DNA of 64,000 nt, taken from assembly GCA_964612665.1 (NCBI GenBank), contig CAZTCI010000004.1:14376-78375 (forward strand). Reading direction: 5' to 3'. Below, piece by piece: positions 1 through 9,392 of this stretch. Source of the stretch: an uncultured Planctomycetales bacterium (GTDB taxonomy: Bacteria; Omnitrophota; Gorgyraeia; Zapsychrales; JAHFFX01). Position 1 is the stretch's first letter. Every line of letters begins with the position of its first letter. The translations under genes were made by a program, and so were the position numbers. The notes under the pieces are model-generated. The model saw only the letters and a list, made by a program, of their open reading frames with translations, did not search any database and had not been told where the DNA came from.

Positions 1-852
1 TTAACAGCTTTCAGTAAATTTATAGAACGGACTATTTTTTTAATTGTCGCTGTTCTTGGTATCGTTTTTGTCAATATCCGGTTGTTGGCGTTTTCGTTTC
101 CCTTATCAGTTCTCATCACCGGAATTACGGTTTGGTTTTTTATGAAGGATTTTAAAATTAATTTCTACCCGTTTATAAACGTTAATTTTATTAAAGAGGG
201 GTTGATTATTGGATTTTCCAGTATTGCAGCCTCCTTATGCCTTACGATTGATCAGTTCATGATTGAACATTATAAGGGAACTTACCAATTAGGATTATAT
301 TCAGCGGCGACAAAACTTTTTTTTGTTGTTTTAACATTTCTTTGGATTTACGCCTATGCACTTTTCCCCAGGTTATCGAAGGCCTCGGCGGATAAGAAAG
401 AAATCAGACAAATCATGATTAAGCACACGGTCTATCTAGGATCCTTGGGCACAATAACTGTCGGAGTATTAAGTTTTTTTTCCGACATCTTAATTAAGGT
501 TTTTTTTTCCGAAAAGTTTCTGCCTATTGTGTCGGTTTTTAAGACGCTAAACATATTCTTAATCATTGTGTTTTTTAACGCCTTGTTCTCTGACAATTTG
601 AGCGCCTTTGACAGACAGAAAACGAGGTTGAATATAATTCTACAGGGACTTTCTTTAAACGTTGTTGGCAATCTTTTTTTAATACCCCGGTATGGTCTAT
701 TAGGAGCGGTTTATTCCAGTATTATCGCCCAGCTTCTTATATTGATATTAAGTTATTATCAGCTTCGCAAAATGTATCAATTGAGAATTGGTTGGTATAT
801 AACGGGTTTTATTATTGCTAATTTGCTTTTAGTCAAATTAAGTTTCTTATGA
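1..852 (+). CDS. Polysaccharide biosynthesis flippase (Wzx/MOP-superfamily), C-terminal portion; gene is truncated by the 5' window edge
   Basis: The frame of the listed ORF (82..852) stays open back to nt 1 with no stop codon, so the protein continues upstream of the window. The product is multi-pass hydrophobic with the typical C-terminal half of Wzx/polysaccharide-biosynthesis proteins. It overlaps the next gene by 4 nt (ATGA), indicating translational coupling. Confidence 0.55.
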   Translation, partial: LTAFSKFIERTIFLIVAVLGIVFVNIRLLAFSFPLSVLITGITVWFFMKDFKINFYPFINVNFIKEGLIIGFSSIAASLCLTIDQFMIEHYKGTYQLGLYSAATKLFFVVLTFLWIYAYALFPRLSKASADKKEIRQIMIKHTVYLGSLGTITVGVLSFFSDILIKVFFSEKFLPIVSVFKTLNIFLIIVFFNALFSDNLSAFDRQKTRLNIILQGLSLNVVGNLFLIPRYGLLGAVYSSIIAQLLILILSYYQLRKMYQLRIGWYITGFIIANLLLVKLSFL

Positions 853-2276
853 GAATTCTTTTTGCCATCTTATTGTCATATTTTTTTGTTCGCTTTTTTT
901 TGAACGTGAATGATTTTATTTTTTTCGTTTATTCGCTAACAAGTGTATCTTCTTTTCTTCCTTTCCCGATTGTCGCGATTGTTGTTTGGTTAACCTTAAT
1001 TTTAGGATTAATTGCGATTTTAGTGACATTAAAAGATGTAAGAAGAGGAATTGAGTGGGTGATTATTTTTTTACCGATGAGTGCTTTGCCATTTATCTGG
1101 TTGGGTGTGCCCTTAGGGGCGTTAAATAATTTCTTTATTTTTCGATCATTGCTTAATTTATTTGTTTATATCCTTTTTTTTACTTGGTTCTTGCGTTTTG
1201 TCGTCGACAAAAAATATTCTCTGAAATTTCCCTTATGGCCCGCGGTTGGAATGTTGTTATTTGCTTATTTATGCAATGTAAGCTATGTGAAGGAAGAAAT
1301 TCGATTTAATGTGATTTTGTCGTGCATTATTTTAATTTCTTGTGTTTTATTTTTTTATTTGATTATCAATTTTATAAGGGATGAAAACAGACTCATAAGG
1401 ATTGTTGAAATCATGGTTATCGCCTGTGTTGTGCAGGTGTTCTTATCGTCGTTAAGTTTTTTTTACTATTTGATTGTGAAAGGTCGGGCATTTTTTAGGG
1501 TGGAAGGAATGTTGCGTGATTTTGAACTCTTTGCCGAGTATCTAGCGTTACACATTCCGCTTTTTATTTACTTGTTAAGAAATCCAGGTCATTTGATCAA
1601 TCGAACCGCTCTCAAAATATTTATGATAATGACGATTTTTGTCCTGTTAGCAACTGCGACCCGCGGAGCAATCATATCGCTGGCATTTGGATTGGTTTAT
1701 TATGTTATCCAAATTAGGAGCAGGGTCAGTCTCCCAAGAATCGCTTTACAGGCTGCGTTTTGGGGATTTGTTGTGGGAATGTTACTAATTATTCTTTACA
1801 AAGCTCTGCCAGCATCTGCCCAAATCCTAGAACGTTTTGCCGGCACAAATATATCCACACTTGATACGCGGCACTTTGTCTGGCAGAAATTTTGGCGATA
1901 TTTTCAAGACAAGCCAATTGCCGGTTATGGAATGGCTTATAACATGGAGGTCTACTTATTCTTTCCACATAGTACGTACTTTTATTATTTATTAGCCATG
2001 GGGATTCCCGGGTGCCTGGTTTATCTTATTTTATTATTATCGCTTTTTATTAAAGGTCGAGAGAATGTGAACCGAGCGCATTCCGAGGGTAATCTCTTCG
2101 AAATAGCTGCTGCGATTAACACAATGCTCTTAATGTTCGCCATAGACAGCATAAAGATTGAGTATCTTCGCTACCCCAACTACCAGCTTTTTATCTGGCT
2201 TTTATTCGCCCTCATTGTGGTGGTTAACCAACTGCTTTCTTTTAGTCCCAAAGATGAAAATCTTCGTTATCAATAA
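849..2276 (+). CDS. O-antigen ligase / Wzy-like polysaccharide polymerase family integral membrane protein
   Basis: 475 aa and very hydrophobic with more than 10 predicted TM segments. It has a central Arg/Gly-containing loop (…TATRGAIISLAFGLVYY…) typical of the Wzy_C/O-antigen ligase domain. It sits between a flippase and a glycosyltransferase. Confidence 0.55.
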   Translation: MRILFAILLSYFFVRFFLNVNDFIFFVYSLTSVSSFLPFPIVAIVVWLTLILGLIAILVTLKDVRRGIEWVIIFLPMSALPFIWLGVPLGALNNFFIFRSLLNLFVYILFFTWFLRFVVDKKYSLKFPLWPAVGMLLFAYLCNVSYVKEEIRFNVILSCIILISCVLFFYLIINFIRDENRLIRIVEIMVIACVVQVFLSSLSFFYYLIVKGRAFFRVEGMLRDFELFAEYLALHIPLFIYLLRNPGHLINRTALKIFMIMTIFVLLATATRGAIISLAFGLVYYVIQIRSRVSLPRIALQAAFWGFVVGMLLIILYKALPASAQILERFAGTNISTLDTRHFVWQKFWRYFQDKPIAGYGMAYNMEVYLFFPHSTYFYYLLAMGIPGCLVYLILLLSLFIKGRENVNRAHSEGNLFEIAAAINTMLLMFAIDSIKIEYLRYPNYQLFIWLLFALIVVVNQLLSFSPKDENLRYQ

Positions 2277-3489
2277 ATTTTTATATAATCGGGGTGGCGA
2301 CGCTATTGTTGCGTTAAACACTGGCAAACTTCTTAAAGCGCGAGGGCACGAGGTTTTTTATTGGGGAATGAAAGATGTTCGCAATGCGGATTTCCCTCAT
2401 GAAGATTTATTTCTTGATGAAGTGGATTTGAATAAAGGTCATGGCGCTGGTCGCCAACTGCAGATCGCTGCCAACATGTTGTATTCTTTGGAAGCTAAAA
2501 AGAAAATTAAACGACTGATTGATCGTGTTGGTCAACCGGATATTGTTCACCTGCATAATTTTGCTCATCAAATTTCTCCTTCTATCCTTGATGTCTTTAA
2601 CAAATATAAAATACCTTCAGTCATGACTATGCATGATTACAAAATGGTCTGCGCTGCTTACACCCTAATCGCCGACGGGAAAATATGTGAGAGGTGTTCC
2701 GGAGGAAAGTACTTTAATTGTTTTCAGTCCGCCTGCGTCAAGGCATCCAAAGCGAAAAGCTTGCTTAATTCAATTGAAATGTTTTTACATCACAAAATAC
2801 TAAGGATCTATGATCGCATCAGCATTTTTATTTCTCCCAGTGTATTTCTTAAAAACAAAATTAATGAGATGGGGTTTAAAAGACCAGTTGAAGTACTTCC
2901 TAATTTTGTTGACCCGGCGGAATATCAGCCAATTTTTGGTGAAACTCCCAAAACAATTTTTTACCTTGGACGAATTTCTCAAGAGAAAGGCATTTCAACT
3001 CTTATTAATGCTGTGGCTGGCTTGCCGCACATTCAATTAAAAATCATTGGGGATGGACCTTTGCGGGCAGAATTGGAATCATATATTAAAGAGAAAAATC
3101 TAAAGAATATTAAATTTTTAGGTCACTTGTCTGGAAATCATTTAACTCATGAAATAAACGTCTGCCGTTTTATTGTCCTGCCGTCGCAGTGGTATGAAAA
3201 CAATCCGCGTTCGGTTATCGAAGCCTTTGCGCTTGGGAAACCGGTTGTCGGCTCACAAATCGGCGGCATTCCTGAATTAGTGCGAGAAGGAGAGACAGGA
3301 TTTAATTTTGAACCTGGCAATGCGAACGACTTGGCCCAAAAAATTTCAAGTTTAATATCAAACCCCGCACAGTGTTTAGCCATGGGACAGAAAGCTCGTC
3401 GATTGGTTGAGACAGAATTGAATCCAGATAAACATTACCAAGGCCTTATGTCTATTTATAATAAGGCTCTTAGTTCCTCACAGCGGTAA
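2254..3489 (+). CDS. Glycosyltransferase family 4 (GT-B fold, group 1 glycosyltransferase)
   Basis: Conserved GT4 C-terminal core: …FLGRISQEKG…PSQWYENNPRSVIEAFALGKPVVGSQIGGIPELV… (the EX7E-type region). Start chosen at the internal MKIFVINKF…, because the longest ORF (2158) overlaps the upstream gene. Confidence 0.8.
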   Translation: MKIFVINKFLYNRGGDAIVALNTGKLLKARGHEVFYWGMKDVRNADFPHEDLFLDEVDLNKGHGAGRQLQIAANMLYSLEAKKKIKRLIDRVGQPDIVHLHNFAHQISPSILDVFNKYKIPSVMTMHDYKMVCAAYTLIADGKICERCSGGKYFNCFQSACVKASKAKSLLNSIEMFLHHKILRIYDRISIFISPSVFLKNKINEMGFKRPVEVLPNFVDPAEYQPIFGETPKTIFYLGRISQEKGISTLINAVAGLPHIQLKIIGDGPLRAELESYIKEKNLKNIKFLGHLSGNHLTHEINVCRFIVLPSQWYENNPRSVIEAFALGKPVVGSQIGGIPELVREGETGFNFEPGNANDLAQKISSLISNPAQCLAMGQKARRLVETELNPDKHYQGLMSIYNKALSSSQR

Positions 3490-3497
3490 TTTCTCTC

Positions 3498-5681
3498 ATG
3501 AAATTTTTAAGAGCTATAAGTAGAATTGTGATCGCTTTGGCTTTCACCAGCTTTATTTTAGCCGGATTTTATACCATCAAGTCAAAGTTCGGAATTGATA
3601 TTGATCAATCACATCATCTGCGCTATTACTTTTTTCATCCATTGTCCTTAATAAGTTTAGCGATGGACAAAATAAAGTCTTTGCCTCATGGTTCCGATCA
3701 TGCCACTCCTCTGGAATTTTCTCCACCCGAAGCCCATATTGTTGTCTATCCTCATCAGAGCGAGGGAAAAGTTAACCGGAATGTCTTTGGTTTAAATATT
3801 CTTGGGATCCAATCTCCGTGGATGCCGGTTGACGTTTATTCTAATTTTGGCGCCGGACTTTGGAATCCAGCGACTAGGGCGGCGCTTAAAGAACCTTTGG
3901 ATTTGGCAAAAGAAATTGGAGTCAGTACTTTACGATTTCCGGGTGGCGCAGGGACGCGGAGTTACGACTGGAAGAAGGCTGTCGAAGAAAATCGGAGTTC
4001 ATTTTTATTCGGCATCGATGAATTCATGGAAATCGCACGAAGATTGGGCGCCGAACCGGTTTTTACTTTAAGTTACTTTATCGGCGGACCACAGGATGCG
4101 GCGGATTTAGTTGAATATTTAAATTCGACCGCCGACGCCAAGCATCCTTGGGCCATGAAAAGAAAAAGCAAAGGACTCTTGGAAGGTTACGGGGTGAAAT
4201 ATTTTGAACTCGGCAATGAGGTCGATTATGGTAATGATAAAGATAAGAAAGAAGTTTTACCTGAACAGTATGCCTTAAATTTTTTACGATATGCCGAGGC
4301 CATGAAAAAGATTGATCCTAATGTTAAGCTCGGCGCGGATTTTTATAAAAGCGATTGGAATAAAGCAATCATGGAAATCATCGGCGATAAGATTGATTTT
4401 GCCATTGTACATATTTATCCCACACCCACTTGGGGAGAAGAGTTGAAAACAATTCCGGCTAAAACAATTTTTGCTAGCGCTTTGAGTATTCCTTTGACTC
4501 AAACCACTTATGAATTACAAGAACTAAAAACCTTATTAAAAAAATTTGCTGGTAAAGATGTTCCTATTTTTGTAACGGAATATAACGGTGGCTTCGCTCA
4601 AGACCAGCCGGTCCCTTACCGTCACACACTAGGAAATGCGTTGGTCAATGCAGAGCTCATCCGTCTTTTTCTTGAGCCAGCTAACCATATTCAAATGGCG
4701 CATTATTGGAATTTTATAAATGAATACTGGGGAATGATTGCCAATGGCTTTCAAGGCTCTCAAACCGATTTAAGAAATCGGTATTATAAGCGGCCAAATT
4801 TTTATACATTTGAGATTTATCATAAACATTTCGGTGATGAAATTATAGCGACGGATGTGACGGCACCTCAGTATGACGTTGGCCGCGATGGGTTCTATTG
4901 CGATTTTATCGGAAAATATGCGCCGGGAGACAGTGATGGTTCAAATCTTTTAAATACCCCATGGGATATTTTTCCGGTTGAAGGGATTAATGCAAAACAA
5001 CAGAACGGTATTTTATCTTTAAACTTTGGGAACCACAAACAATGGAATTATTATCACTCGGTCATTTATGCAAAAGTTGAACCCGACACTTTTTATCGTT
5101 TGTCCGGCTATATTAAGACAGTTAATTTGCAAGCGGATAGCGGTGTGAGCCTGGAAGTTCAGGATGCTCGCGGCTGGACCACAACCCAGTCGGCTGCTTC
5201 AACGGAAAAATTGAATGGCAATACAGATTGGCGATATGTCGAAATTATTTATCGAACTTTGCCAGATGCGTCGGGCGTTAAAGTATTTGCTCGTCGGGTT
5301 GGTGAAAAAGGTCCATTAAAAGGGGAGGCTTATTTTAAAAATGTAGAGCTTAAGAAATTCATTCCCAGCGTTAGCTCTAAAATCCCTTATTTGTCGGTTA
5401 TAGCGAGTAAAAATTTAAACTCGGATAGAATTTTTCTTTTGGTCATTAACAAAAATTTTGAAAAAGAAATCACCTCAACAATTGAACTGAAAGATTTTAT
5501 GCCTGCTAATTCAGCACAGTCTTGGGTGCTTAACGGTCCAAGTTTGGAATCAACTAACGAAGTCAACCATGGCAATGTCAAAGTCACCCACAAAAGCTTT
5601 TCTGTATCCCATAATCCTTTCCAATTCAGTTTCCAACCGCATTCTTTAACGGTTGTAGAAATTGAAGGTAAGCATATTTAA
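3498..5681 (+). CDS. Membrane-anchored clan GH-A glycoside hydrolase (GH51/GH39/GH79-like TIM barrel) with C-terminal beta-sandwich domain
   Basis: N-terminal TM/signal anchor. 'LRFPGGAGTRSYDW' resembles the GH51-type RFPGG motif. 'FELGNEVDY' is the clan-A acid/base NE motif. 'IFVTEYNGG' is a candidate nucleophile region. The gene lies inside a polysaccharide biosynthesis locus. Confidence 0.6.
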   Translation: MKFLRAISRIVIALAFTSFILAGFYTIKSKFGIDIDQSHHLRYYFFHPLSLISLAMDKIKSLPHGSDHATPLEFSPPEAHIVVYPHQSEGKVNRNVFGLNILGIQSPWMPVDVYSNFGAGLWNPATRAALKEPLDLAKEIGVSTLRFPGGAGTRSYDWKKAVEENRSSFLFGIDEFMEIARRLGAEPVFTLSYFIGGPQDAADLVEYLNSTADAKHPWAMKRKSKGLLEGYGVKYFELGNEVDYGNDKDKKEVLPEQYALNFLRYAEAMKKIDPNVKLGADFYKSDWNKAIMEIIGDKIDFAIVHIYPTPTWGEELKTIPAKTIFASALSIPLTQTTYELQELKTLLKKFAGKDVPIFVTEYNGGFAQDQPVPYRHTLGNALVNAELIRLFLEPANHIQMAHYWNFINEYWGMIANGFQGSQTDLRNRYYKRPNFYTFEIYHKHFGDEIIATDVTAPQYDVGRDGFYCDFIGKYAPGDSDGSNLLNTPWDIFPVEGINAKQQNGILSLNFGNHKQWNYYHSVIYAKVEPDTFYRLSGYIKTVNLQADSGVSLEVQDARGWTTTQSAASTEKLNGNTDWRYVEIIYRTLPDASGVKVFARRVGEKGPLKGEAYFKNVELKKFIPSVSSKIPYLSVIASKNLNSDRIFLLVINKNFEKEITSTIELKDFMPANSAQSWVLNGPSLESTNEVNHGNVKVTHKSFSVSHNPFQFSFQPHSLTVVEIEGKHI

Positions 5682-6170
5682 TAAATTTTTTCCTTAGGGA
5701 ATAAAACGGAAAAAGAAATTTAAACTGTTTATGCACAGATTATCCTCAAATATCAATGCGCAGTCTAAACTTTAATGCGATTTTCATCAAAAACTCACAC
5801 AGAATTTACAATTGACTGATATTTTTTTAGTAAGATAGTTAATAAAAGTGTGCTTAAACAGACAAAACAGTTCTTTGTTAAATCTTCGAGGAAAAATCTA
5901 TACATTAATATATAGTCTCAAAAGTAACTTGAGTTTCGCCTGCCGTTTTTATTTCTTTCCCTGAAAATTTTATTGCTGTCTTTTCTGTTAGAACCTATTG
6001 TTGTATATCCGATTGAGAATATTTTGTCTAAATGTATATGTGCTGTATCTTAAGTCATTTTATTTGTTTAGAATAAAGTTCTTTTAAAGATTTAATGATG
6101 ATCTGTTCGTTGGTTTATAGACTCTAAGTTTCATAGGCTGTGCCCGTCGGTATCTACAAGGAGGAAATTC

Positions 6171-6884
6171 ATGAGACAATTTATTATTATATATTTTCTG
6201 ATGCTGTCTGTTTTTATTTTAGGTCAAAACAATGCGTTTGCTGAATTTGGAGTGGATTGGGGAAAAAGTTTTGATCAAGGACTGACCAATTCGACCGGCG
6301 ATCAAATCCTTGCCCAATGGCTAGTTGATAATGGCTATTACAGTAATCTCACCGACGCTCAAAATTTTGCAAAAACAGGATACATCGGGCAAAATAACGC
6401 TGAAGCTGATCCGTTTTATTGGAATGTAACTCAGCCAACCTTTGAAGTCGTCCAGGAAAACGCCGGCTTTGCTGATAACAACAGCTTGGGCTTTTATACG
6501 GGAGCCCGTGATTCAAAGATGTTGACACAAATTTTTAACGGTACCGAGAATGGGCCTAAGAGTTTGACGATCAATCAGTCGTTTGGCTTATATCTAGAGA
6601 CACCGCAAGACAATGTTTGGTTTACCGATCGAGCAGAAAATAATGATCAGAATGGACCTTTGAAAGCCAGCGGCGGGGTTCCTCAAGCGTTGATTTATGA
6701 ATTGAAGCCCGGTCAACAATGGCTCGTTGCCTGGGAAGATCTTGATGCTACCCAAACGCGTGCGGATAGAGATTACAATGATATGTACGTTAAAGTCACC
6801 GCCGGACCGGAACCCATCGGCAGCGCGTTGTTTCTTATTGGAAGCGGTGTATTGACGGCAGCGAGGATGAGAAAGAAAATCTAA
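6171..6884 (+). CDS. PEP-CTERM sorting-domain secreted protein (exosortase substrate)
   Basis: N-terminal signal peptide. The C-terminus is …VTAGPEPIGSALFLIGSGVLTAARMRKKI, i.e. PEP motif, hydrophobic helix, then basic tail. An Asp/Tyr-rich 'DRDYNDMYVKV' segment precedes it and resembles DUF4114-type regions seen in PEP-CTERM proteins. Confidence 0.8.
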   Translation: MRQFIIIYFLMLSVFILGQNNAFAEFGVDWGKSFDQGLTNSTGDQILAQWLVDNGYYSNLTDAQNFAKTGYIGQNNAEADPFYWNVTQPTFEVVQENAGFADNNSLGFYTGARDSKMLTQIFNGTENGPKSLTINQSFGLYLETPQDNVWFTDRAENNDQNGPLKASGGVPQALIYELKPGQQWLVAWEDLDATQTRADRDYNDMYVKVTAGPEPIGSALFLIGSGVLTAARMRKKI

Positions 6885-6914
6885 AAAGTTTTTAAGCGTA
6901 TTAGTAAAAATTAA

Positions 6915-6950
6915 AAGACTAACCTTGAAAGAGGTTAGTCTTTTTTTATT
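6915..6950 (+). terminator. Rho-independent terminator
   Basis: Hairpin aaagactaacctctttcaaggttagtcttt followed by a T-run (ttttttatttt), directly after the stop of the 6171..6884 gene. Confidence 0.7.
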
Positions 6951-7092
6951 TTTCACAAGAACTTTATACCAACGACATAATTGATTGATAGTTTGCTTCC
7001 GCCATAAGTGAATTTATACAAGTCCTTCAAACACATAAGCCACATAGGCGAAAAGACTAGCACGGTCAGACTAGAAAGGAGCACCTGGTATC

Positions 7093-7815
7093 ATGATTAC
7101 TCTTCAAAGGAAGAATTGCCTCACCATTTTTACATTTGCCTTGTTTTTCAGTTTTTTGCTTTCCTCGACGGCGCATGCTAATAATGTGGTGTTTAATTTT
7201 GACACGCTGTTCAGTGGAAATGCGCCTGGAGAACCTTCTCCTTGGCTGAGAGCAGAATTTAATGATGCTACCGCGGCACCCGGTTGGGACGTCAGGCTTA
7301 CGCTTACGGCATCCAATCTTGTCCCGGGGACTGAAAATGTGGATGAATGGTACTTTAATTTAAATCCAGCTTTAAATTCCATGAATTTAGAATTTAATCC
7401 AGTTGATGTCTCAGCATCAGATCTGTTGAATGGTAAAGGAGATAATGGGATATACAAAGGCATTAATGCTGAAAAGGCCGACGGTGATGGCTATTATGAT
7501 TTTAAATTGAATTTTCCGCCGCCATCAGCGAAAGACTCAGGACAATTTGCAAGCCGGTTTACTAATGGAGAAACAGTTATTCTTGATATTCGTAATTCAG
7601 CATCTCCTCTTAATGCTGAATCATTTAATTTTCGAAGTCTACCTGGTGGAAGCCAAGACACTTTTTTCGGCGCTGCGCATATACAAAATACGCCAGGAGG
7701 AAGTGCGTGGGTAGGAGCTTCTACAGCTGCACCCGAACCTTTATCTGCCGTGCTCGGACTTATTGGTGCGGGAACAATGATTTTACGTCGACGTCTTAAA
7801 GATCCATCTTTGTAA
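7093..7815 (+). CDS. PEP-CTERM sorting-domain secreted protein
   Basis: Signal peptide. C-terminus is …STAAPEPLSAVLGLIGAGTMILRRRLKDPSL (PEP motif, TM helix, Arg cluster). Confidence 0.8.
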   Translation: MITLQRKNCLTIFTFALFFSFLLSSTAHANNVVFNFDTLFSGNAPGEPSPWLRAEFNDATAAPGWDVRLTLTASNLVPGTENVDEWYFNLNPALNSMNLEFNPVDVSASDLLNGKGDNGIYKGINAEKADGDGYYDFKLNFPPPSAKDSGQFASRFTNGETVILDIRNSASPLNAESFNFRSLPGGSQDTFFGAAHIQNTPGGSAWVGASTAAPEPLSAVLGLIGAGTMILRRRLKDPSL

Positions 7816-7824
7816 GCAACCATC

Positions 7825-7862
7825 TCTTTTACTGACTTTTGCATTGCAAAAGTCTAGTACTA
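7825..7862. repeat. 38-bp element containing a perfect 10-bp-stem palindrome (gacttttgca-tt-gcaaaagtc); first of two exact inverted copies in the window
   Basis: tcttttactgacttttgcattgcaaaagtctagtacta. Its exact reverse complement occurs at 52879..52916. Confidence 0.85.
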
Positions 7863-7890
7863 AGATAAAAGAAAAGAAGTTGAAAAGATA

Positions 7891-7925
7891 AAGGACCGGT
7901 TCTTATAAAAAACCGGTCCTTTTTG
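7891..7925. terminator. Bidirectional rho-independent terminator between convergent genes
   Basis: ggaccggtt-cttataaaa-aaccggtcc hairpin followed by ttttt on the + strand, with an A-run on the other side. It lies between the + strand PEP-CTERM gene (stop 7815) and the minus-strand EpsI-like gene (stop 7931). Confidence 0.75.
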
Positions 7926-7930
7926 CGACG

Positions 7931-8569
7931 TTATTTTCCAAACAAATATTCTTTTTCCTCAGCGGTCAAATATCCGTTTAAACTGCTGATAAATTCACGC
8001 CCTAGCGCCAAGTATTTCTTTCCGGATTCTCCGCGCGTTTGGATTTCCAGCCGAACCATCAGTCCCACTTTTTTCTGGTTTAAAAGGGAAGACCAAAGTT
8101 CGGTTATTTTTTGCCCAGTCCAATTGACAATCTTTTTATCAATGCATAACCAGTAAAACATCATGATGCCCTGGTTATGTCTTTGCATATATAACGCGTT
8201 GGCTTTAAAGGCGGCTGTACTCGTCGAGAAATTGACATCGCCTAAATCTTTCACCGAAAAACCTGAACGCGTATAACAGATTTTAGGATTATGGAAATTC
8301 CCGGCATCAAGAATTAGAAACAGAAGTTGATTGCCTTGGCTATTCTTATACAACCGCGCAAAAACATTGCTTATAAAATTATATCGGTCATCTTGCAGAT
8401 TTAATTCTTTCGACAGGTCAATACTTGTCCAGTCTCCGAACTCGGTGGGAATTTTTAATTCGGTTAGAATATTTAAGCTTTGGTACTTTGGTTTGGGCAA
8501 AAGGAAAGAAACGCCCATCGTAATGAAAAGGAGCAAAGATATAACGACGGGTCTTTGTATTCTAGACAT
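7931..8569 (-). CDS. EpsI-family exosortase-associated protein (periplasmic, N-terminal TM anchor)
   Basis: 212 aa with a single N-terminal TM. It sits immediately downstream of the exosortase gene and overlaps it by 8 nt. This matches the exosortase/EpsI pairing of PEP-CTERM systems. Confidence 0.5.
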   Translation of the reverse strand: MSRIQRPVVISLLLFITMGVSFLLPKPKYQSLNILTELKIPTEFGDWTSIDLSKELNLQDDRYNFISNVFARLYKNSQGNQLLFLILDAGNFHNPKICYTRSGFSVKDLGDVNFSTSTAAFKANALYMQRHNQGIMMFYWLCIDKKIVNWTGQKITELWSSLLNQKKVGLMVRLEIQTRGESGKKYLALGREFISSLNGYLTAEEKEYLFGK

Positions 8570-9392
8570 GGTTGAGATTTTTTTGCGGCAGGTTCAGCAG
8601 ATGCTCAAGTCCCAGTAAACAACCGGTCATAACCAGAAAAATAATTCCGCCGCTTATATAGTGGAAGTGTTCCGCAGCCTCGGTTCCAGCATAAAAAGTG
8701 ATCAGGCACATGGTCATGACTCTCATCAAATTGCCGAGAAGGGCAAAAGGAATTCCGGCGATAATAAGCGTGAGTTTTGTTTTGAACCCGCCTTTAATGA
8801 AATAAACGTAAATTACACTAAGCGCAAGCATGGTGATCAGCGAACGAAAACCACTGCAGGGCGCGCCCATAAAAATTTCATGACCGTTTACTGTTAAAAG
8901 AAGACCGCTTCTTTCGATGGGATAATGTAGGGCATGTAACAGATTCTCCGTCGTGACCGATATTCCATAACGCATCGGCAGTGTCAACCGGTCAATGATG
9001 CCTAATGGCGGTGGAATGAGGAAGACCAGATAGAAAATTGGAAATAACAAAATTTTGGCCACTTCTTTGCCATGAAGATATCGCGTCACTCCCCACAAGA
9101 CGGGAATCAATGATAATGAAGAAATAAAAAGATAACCTTGCCGCCAGCCGAATATAAACATTAACAATCCCAAAAAAACTGCCGCAAGACTTCCCACGCC
9201 CGAAGTATTGAACTCCGCTTTCGCAAAAAGATCTCTTAGTATTAATCTTTTGCGCCACACCAGCCATAACGAAACTGGAAGAATAAAGTACGCATGAGTG
9301 TAATCAATGTTTTCCCAACGCGATTGATACAGTTGATAAAAGATAGGTGAATAAAGCGCGGCGACAAAAATCCAGGTTAGAAAATAAATCAT
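8562..9392 (-). CDS. Exosortase (Xrt family transpeptidase, EpsH-like)
   Basis: 276 aa polytopic membrane protein with about 8 TM segments. A conserved Cys lies in a 'GAPCSGFRS' motif and a downstream Arg in 'LGNLMRV', consistent with the Cys/Arg active-site pair of exosortases/archaeosortases. Several PEP-CTERM cargo genes lie nearby. Confidence 0.65.
   Translation of the reverse strand: MIYFLTWIFVAALYSPIFYQLYQSRWENIDYTHAYFILPVSLWLVWRKRLILRDLFAKAEFNTSGVGSLAAVFLGLLMFIFGWRQGYLFISSLSLIPVLWGVTRYLHGKEVAKILLFPIFYLVFLIPPPLGIIDRLTLPMRYGISVTTENLLHALHYPIERSGLLLTVNGHEIFMGAPCSGFRSLITMLALSVIYVYFIKGGFKTKLTLIIAGIPFALLGNLMRVMTMCLITFYAGTEAAEHFHYISGGIIFLVMTGCLLGLEHLLNLPQKNLNHV

Noticed and set aside
432-671. 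Antisense and embedded small ORFs, whole or in part, throughout the track (432..671-, 2800..2982-, 3802..4071+, 6594..6956-, 7104..7463-, 11299..11634+, 12353..12721-, 16656..16955-, 21509..21739-, 23648..23857-, 29015..29224+, 48779..49030- and many others)
   Set aside because: Each lies wholly or mostly inside a longer, well-supported gene on the same or opposite strand. None has an RBS, and their products are low-complexity or mirror-image artefacts of the sense reading frame. Several recur at equivalent positions in the paralog array because the nucleotide sequence is duplicated.
2158-2253. 5' extension of the GT4 ORF (start 2158)
   Set aside because: It overlaps the Wzy-like gene by ~120 nt. 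The GT4 domain begins at the internal MKIFVINKF (2254), which gives a normal short overlap.
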